Part shown: positions 16,374-20,000 of the stretch, piece after piece
Layout of the letters: each line of letters starts with the position of its first letter
Position numbering within the stretch: position 1 is the first letter of the stretch
Virus record (IMG/VR): IMGVR_UViG_3300020595_000014
Strand: one strand, 5' to 3'
Length of the DNA: 20,000 nucleotides
Source of the DNA: an uncultured virus (IMG/VR IMGVR_UViG_3300020595_000014)
Lineage: Duplodnaviria; Heunggongvirae; Uroviricota; Caudoviricetes
Translations under genes and position numbers: made by a program
The notes under the pieces: model-generated
Databases searched by the model: none
Told to the model about the DNA's origin: nothing
The model's input: only the letters and a program-made list of their open reading frames with translations

Positions 16374-16499
16374 ATGAGACACGACCAAGATCCAATTGAA
16401 GAGATGATGCAATGGCTGCTGATGGGAGTCTGTATAGCGGCAGGGGGGCTAGCGCTAGCAGTATTTGTATGTATCGTACTACGTGCCATCATTAGTTAA
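16374..16499 (+). CDS. Small single-TM protein, 41 aa (not in ORF track)
   Basis: MRHDQDPIEEMMQWLLMGVCIAAGGLALAVFVCIVLRAIIS*. Follows the variant element at 16354. Confidence 0.6.
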   Translation: MRHDQDPIEEMMQWLLMGVCIAAGGLALAVFVCIVLRAIIS

Positions 16500-16506
16500 T
16501 AAAGAT

Positions 16507-16734
16507 ATGAGAAGTAAAAAGAAGACCAATTGGGAGTTCGTTATAACGTTGATGTGTATTGCCGCCCTAGGCTCTATGATGTGCTACGTAGGTAAGTACA
16601 TTGATATGCAGGCTCAACGAATCGACTATCTAGAGATCGAGAACCTTAAGCACAGCGAGGCACTACACATCCTACTACCTTCAGCCAGAGAGGAGGTTAA
16701 GGCTGGCGTTAGCTGGCACGATATGGAACCCTGA
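16507..16734 (+). CDS. Single-TM hypothetical protein
   Basis: Start reassigned to ATG 16507 (MRSKKKTNWEFVITLMCIAALG). Its stop TGA lies in element 16725. Confidence 0.65.
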   Translation: MRSKKKTNWEFVITLMCIAALGSMMCYVGKYIDMQAQRIDYLEIENLKHSEALHILLPSAREEVKAGVSWHDMEP

Positions 16735-16749
16735 TATAATATAGGTACG

Positions 16750-16947
16750 ATGAAGTTAAAAGGACCACTAAAGCTGGATAAGATATATGATGTTGATGGT
16801 ACGGATATGTATGGAGTACTGCTAGAGGATCATGGACTAGAGGAGGTAGTAGATGAGATGAATGTTCTGATGGATTACATTAGAGAGCTTAGTGGTAGGG
16901 TAGAGGAGCTTGAGTTTGCTTATGAGCGTGGAAGAGAGGAACTCTAA
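16750..16947 (+). CDS. Acidic hypothetical protein
   Basis: Bounded by elements 16725 and 16938. Ends REEL*. Confidence 0.75.
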   Translation: MKLKGPLKLDKIYDVDGTDMYGVLLEDHGLEEVVDEMNVLMDYIRELSGRVEELEFAYERGREEL

Positions 16948-16959
16948 TATAATAATAGT

Positions 16960-17043
16960 ATGACAATTATTGAATGGAGAGAGATGGTAGATGCAGGTCT
17001 TATTCAATTGGATGAGGATGGTAATGAAATAAAGGAACTCTGA
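16960..17043 (+). CDS. 27-aa acidic peptide (not in ORF track)
   Basis: MTIIEWREMVDAGLIQLDEDGNEIKEL* exactly fills the space between elements 16938 and 17034. Confidence 0.6.
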   Translation: MTIIEWREMVDAGLIQLDEDGNEIKEL

Positions 17044-17054
17044 TATAATTAGTT

Positions 17055-17309
17055 ATGATGAAAGTAAAAAATGTTATTGGATATAATGAAGTTGGGTTGG
17101 ATTATAAATTATGTGAAGAGATTTATGAGAATGGAAGTGGGAAAGATATTGAAGGAAGGTTTTTAGATGTTGAGTTTTTGAAGATTATTCTAGAAAGTAC
17201 TATTGAGTGGGTTGAAGAGAATAGTGAATATTGTTGGTGGAAAGACAAATGTGTAATAATGCTTAATAGTCTTGAGAAGTTTGATGATGAGGTGTTAGTA
17301 GAGTTTTAG
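17055..17309 (+). CDS. Acidic hypothetical protein, paralog of 17331-17600, C-poor gene
   Basis: Bounded by elements. Only 5 C in 255 nt by my count. Confidence 0.8.
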   Translation: MMKVKNVIGYNEVGLDYKLCEEIYENGSGKDIEGRFLDVEFLKIILESTIEWVEENSEYCWWKDKCVIMLNSLEKFDDEVLVEF

Positions 17310-17330
17310 GAACTCCAATATAATAATAGT

Positions 17331-17600
17331 ATGATGAAAGTAAAAGGTTATAAGGTAGTTGAGTTTGGCGATACAAATGTTGATTTTGATGTTTGTAGTT
17401 CTTTATATGATATGTGGTCAGGATTAGACTTAATAGGTCGAGTTGTTAAGGTAAGTTTTTGGAAGGAACAGATTACAGACTTTATAAAAGATATGAAGGA
17501 TGATGGAGATTATGATAGTAAGGATGATTGGACTATTAAAGTAGAGAAGGTATTAGAAGAAGTTAATAAGTTGGAAGAGGGTTTGTATATTCAATTTTAG
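17331..17600 (+). CDS. Acidic hypothetical protein, paralog of 17055-17309
   Basis: Shares MMKVK...D...C...Y...SG.D..GR...V.F.K with 17055-17309. Confidence 0.8.
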   Translation: MMKVKGYKVVEFGDTNVDFDVCSSLYDMWSGLDLIGRVVKVSFWKEQITDFIKDMKDDGDYDSKDDWTIKVEKVLEEVNKLEEGLYIQF

Positions 17601-17621
17601 GAACTCTAATATAATATAAGT

Positions 17622-17786
17622 ATGATGAATTATAAAAGTGTTTGTGAAAAATATGGAGATGAAGTTGGTTTAAAAGTACTAGACTTTATTGAAGAAGGTT
17701 GGGGCGAGAATGGAGCTGATGAGTTCAAATTTGATGATGGAAGTGTCTTTAAAGAGGTAGTTGAGGAATTTATTAAGGAACTCTAA
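17622..17786 (+). CDS. Acidic hypothetical protein, 54 aa (not in ORF track)
   Basis: MMNYKSVCEKYGDEVGLKVLDFIEEGW...VVEEFIKEL*. Bounded by elements 17600 and 17777. Confidence 0.7.
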   Translation: MMNYKSVCEKYGDEVGLKVLDFIEEGWGENGADEFKFDDGSVFKEVVEEFIKEL

Positions 17787-17798
17787 TATAATAATAGT

Positions 17799-17942
17799 AT
17801 GATGAAAGATATATTAGAAGTTGGTAAGAAGTATAGAGGTGAGTTGTTGAGAGTTGATTATGGATATGAGATTGATGATTGTGAAGATGATTGTTGGTTT
17901 TATATTCTAAAGGGTGGTGAGATTATTAAGGAGGAACTCTAA
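17799..17942 (+). CDS. Acidic hypothetical protein, 47 aa (not in ORF track)
   Basis: MMKDILEVGKKYRGELLRVDYGYEIDDCEDDCWFYILKGGEIIKEEL*. Bounded by elements 17777 and 17933. Confidence 0.7.
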   Translation: MMKDILEVGKKYRGELLRVDYGYEIDDCEDDCWFYILKGGEIIKEEL

Positions 17943-17954
17943 TATAATAATAGT

Positions 17955-18164
17955 ATGATGAATGATTGTTTAGGAAAAGAGCAGGACGAGTTGGTAGCAG
18001 CAATTGCCAAGAAGCATATGCATATTAAAACACTTAAGGAACAAAAGTCAGATAGTCTTGATTTTCATGATGTGAGTGTTTGGCGGCTTGAAGGCGCTCT
18101 TAAAGAGGCACTTCGAACTGGTATTGATATTGGTATTAAGATGACAGTAAATCATTTGAAGTAG
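17955..18164 (+). CDS. DUF6900-like protein
   Basis: IAKKHMHIKTLKEQKSDSLDFHDVSVW.L..AL..A...G matches the DUF6900 signature (SDSLDFHDVSVW) as I recall it. Confidence 0.75.
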   Translation: MMNDCLGKEQDELVAAIAKKHMHIKTLKEQKSDSLDFHDVSVWRLEGALKEALRTGIDIGIKMTVNHLK

Positions 18165-18185
18165 GAACTCTAATATAATAATAGT

Positions 18186-18476
18186 ATGATGAATATAACA
18201 TATAACAAACTAAGCAAGATTCGCGCAACAAGATACTTCAATGATATGGAGAGAGATGATAAGGAAACTGCTTTATTATATCTCGGAGAGGAACTTGTCC
18301 AGAAGATTAAGAGAATCGATTCATGGATGAGTGATGAGAAGGGATTTGAAGGAACTAAGTTTGATGTAGATAATAATAACCACTCTAGATTATTCGCTAA
18401 GTTAGATATGTTAAATGACGAGTTAATGGATATTATTGAGAAGGCTGGATTAGATCTAGTGGCAGAGATTCACTAA
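18186..18476 (+). CDS. Hypothetical protein, paralog of 13590-13847
   Basis: Follows element 18164. Shares the FD.DN..H motif. Confidence 0.75.
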   Translation: MMNITYNKLSKIRATRYFNDMERDDKETALLYLGEELVQKIKRIDSWMSDEKGFEGTKFDVDNNNHSRLFAKLDMLNDELMDIIEKAGLDLVAEIH

Positions 18477-18502
18477 CAGGAACACCAATATAATTAGTCA
18501 CG

Positions 18503-18838
18503 ATGAATATACAAGACCTAATCCAAGCACTAGAAGAAATCGCTGAGCAGTCACCTAACGCTGAAGTTCGATTTGCGAGTCAACCTAGCTATCCATTTGA
18601 GTACTCCATTGCAGAAGTAGTCCCATGGGATAAGCATACAATGATCGACAATGAGATTGAAGAGATCCGACAATCGATTGACGAAAATAATCAAGAGCCT
18701 ATGTCACATAAAGATATGAAGGCATTGGCTGAGCAGAATTTAGAAGACGAAGGAGTGCTCGAGGATGTGGTATATCTCGAAGAAGGTACACAGCTAGGCT
18801 ATCTCCCAGAAGGTCCAAGGCATGCCTTAGGCTGGTAA
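18503..18838 (+). CDS. Conserved-looking acidic hypothetical protein
   Basis: AEVRFASQPSYPFEYSI...VVYLEEGTQLGYLP...ALGW resembles a widespread uncharacterised phage/mobile-element family. Confidence 0.8.
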   Translation: MNIQDLIQALEEIAEQSPNAEVRFASQPSYPFEYSIAEVVPWDKHTMIDNEIEEIRQSIDENNQEPMSHKDMKALAEQNLEDEGVLEDVVYLEEGTQLGYLPEGPRHALGW

Positions 18839-18852
18839 AGATTTCATCATAA

Positions 18853-18879
18853 CACCTAGGTAAGTGCCTAAACTGCCTA
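18853..18879 (+). ncRNA. Candidate H-type pseudoknot motif, copy 3
   Basis: CAC-CT-AGGTA-A-GTG-CCTAAAC-TGCCT. P1 is CAC/GUG and P2 is AGGUA/UGCCU. Confidence 0.55.
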
Positions 18880-18909
18880 CTATATTAGGAACTCCGATAT
18901 AATAATAGT

Positions 18910-19227
18910 ATGATGAATAAGAACTATAAAATAATCCACACGATGAAGGTCCTAATCAAGACACAATACAAGGAGTGGTATGGTTGTGAAGACCATATAG
19001 GCGATGAAGCCTATGGTCGTTACAAGAACAAAGGAGGCATGGACTATGTCTTAGAGGTCGACGAGCATGTGTTTATGTATGATGAAGAGTCTGTTCGCAA
19101 GGCCTTCCATGATGTGTATGATGTACCTGGATCGTTCACTAGATGTACTATTGTCGATATCGAGCCCTGCTATAGAGAGCCAAGAGAGATTAAGCTAGAC
19201 ATTAAGAGTGATGCTCTAGTGCACTAG
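18910..19227 (+). CDS. Hypothetical protein (alternative start 18943)
   Basis: Bounded by elements 18888 and 19227. Contains I.TQY.E.YG...YKNKGG.DY. Confidence 0.75.
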   Translation: MMNKNYKIIHTMKVLIKTQYKEWYGCEDHIGDEAYGRYKNKGGMDYVLEVDEHVFMYDEESVRKAFHDVYDVPGSFTRCTIVDIEPCYREPREIKLDIKSDALVH

Positions 19228-19247
19228 GAACACTGATATAATAAGTT

Positions 19248-19463
19248 ATGGACAAAAGGATAAACTACCCATATGCATATGGGCGCTTGAGCTCTTCATT
19301 GAGTGGCTTCGCCCTAATGAAGAAGATGAAGGAGAAGGGCCTCGACCTAAAGAATTGGGACCTAGAATGCGCAATCCAGGAGTTGTTGGACCAGGCCCTA
19401 GATGACCTGAAGAAAGAAACTCATGATGCAGCTGCAGTAGAGCACGAGAAGTACGGATCATGA
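19248..19463 (+). CDS. Hypothetical protein
   Basis: Follows element 19227. N-terminus INYPYAYGRL. Confidence 0.75.
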   Translation: MDKRINYPYAYGRLSSSLSGFALMKKMKEKGLDLKNWDLECAIQELLDQALDDLKKETHDAAAVEHEKYGS

Positions 19464-19627
19464 AGACACATCCCATACAAGAAGTCCTAGACGACCTAGA
19501 CAAGAAGATAGAGCTAGAGAGGATCAAGCAAGACCTCCACTCAGTAAGAAATCTATTCGTTATCTTTGCAGCATCAGTAGTAGTATGGTCAGCTGCTATC
19601 ACACTAACCATCCACCTAATCAAGTAA
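19460..19627 (+). CDS. Small protein with a C-terminal TM segment, 55 aa (not in ORF track)
   Basis: ATGA overlap upstream and TAATG overlap downstream. Ends ...VRNLFVIFAASVVVWSAAITLTIHLIK*. Confidence 0.65.
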   Translation: MKTHPIQEVLDDLDKKIELERIKQDLHSVRNLFVIFAASVVVWSAAITLTIHLIK

Positions 19628-19884
19628 TGCCTCTCCCAGAAGATGTACCGAAAGACCTACTCTATATGCAGAGATGCTACAATTGGCTATATAGTAAGGC
19701 CGGAAGCGATCTACAAGCAGCAGCTACAGAGGGTAGTAAGGAGTGCCAGCGCCTGATGGATAAGCTTAACCTCAGCATCAACACGATAGAGTACTGGCAA
19801 CTGGAGGGAGACTTCGGTAGGGCACACTATGAGGTAGAGCAATTGAAAGCTTGGTTCTGTCCTATCATGGACTTAAAGTATTAG
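19627..19884 (+). CDS. Hypothetical protein
   Basis: Start reassigned to ATG 19627 (MPLPEDVPKD). Stop TAG abuts element 19884. Confidence 0.7.
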   Translation: MPLPEDVPKDLLYMQRCYNWLYSKAGSDLQAAATEGSKECQRLMDKLNLSINTIEYWQLEGDFGRAHYEVEQLKAWFCPIMDLKY

Positions 19885-19905
19885 GAACTCCGATATAATA
19901 AGAGT

Positions 19906-20000
19906 ATGGAAAAGCTAAACAATCGTTATCATTTCGCATACAGTCAGGATGAACAAGATAAGCAGCTCTGGATCGATGCTGATGGATTCGCTAGAGCATA
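19906..20000 (+). CDS. Hypothetical protein, truncated by the window edge
   Basis: MEKLNNRYHFAYSQDEQDKQLWIDADGFARA... starts 6 nt after TATAAT of element 19884. Confidence 0.65.
   Translation, partial: MEKLNNRYHFAYSQDEQDKQLWIDADGFARA

Larger units (their letters stand above)
10630..19908. repeat. Dispersed promoter-like repeat GGAAC-N5-TATAAT-N(4-9)-ATG (consensus AGGAACTCTRATATAATAATAGTATG) heading individual small ORFs
   Basis: Plus-strand GGAAC starts at 10687, 11757, 12347, 12970, 13169, 13356, 14232, 14433, 14717, 14913, 15225, 15562, 15983, 16725, 16938, 17034, 17309, 17600, 17777, 17933, 18164, 18479, 18888, 19227 and 19884. Variants at 13863 (GTAAC) and 16354 (AGAAC..CATAAT). Minus-strand copies at 10654, 12795 and 12916. 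None found in 1-10600. Confidence 0.95.

Noticed and set aside
10827..19623. Minus-strand ORFs 10827-11039, 10900-11121, 11667-11849, 12356-12589, 13205-13492 and 19246-19623
   Set aside because: They overlap element-headed plus-strand ORFs and have no upstream element of their own.
12970..19908. CRISPR array interpretation of the recurring ~26-nt repeat
   Set aside because: The intervening segments run from about 70 to several hundred nt, are variable in length and are intact ORFs. The repeat is not palindromic and no cas genes are present.
12970..19908. Classical integron (attC) cassette array
   Set aside because: There are no RYYYAAC...GTTRRRY inverted cores or attC hairpins, and no integrase in the window. 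Only the cassette-like architecture is retained as a finding.
1..20000. Stop-codon reassignment (alternative genetic code)
   Set aside because: TAA, TAG and TGA all end genes at sensible boundaries, long genes are uninterrupted in code 11, and the short ORFs are delimited by their own promoter elements.

Overview
This looks like a segment of a large tailed dsDNA phage genome. It has T4-like late promoters, and its GroEL suggests a PVC/Verrucomicrobia-type host (inference). The left half (1-10.6 kb) holds a COG5526-type lysozyme/endolysin, a full-length groEL with no adjacent groES, a sulfotransferase, and a minus-strand virion/adhesin cluster (three BspA-like LRR proteins, a DUF4376 tail-fibre-associated protein, LamG/ConA-like proteins). 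The right half (10.6-20 kb) is a dense array of more than 30 very small, mostly unknown ORFs. Most are individually preceded by the same element, GGAAC-N5-TATAAT-N(4-9)-ATG: I count 25 exact core copies on +, 3 on -, plus a few variants. The geometry is that of a leaderless promoter, and the element often supplies or abuts the upstream stop codon, so the region is a promoter-gene cassette array. Inside it are a block of almost cytosine-free genes (17055-17942), 3-4 copies of a small covarying H-type pseudoknot, a CAU-anticodon tRNA with a long variable arm, and four paralogous cassette pairs. All counts were made by eye and no database searches were run.
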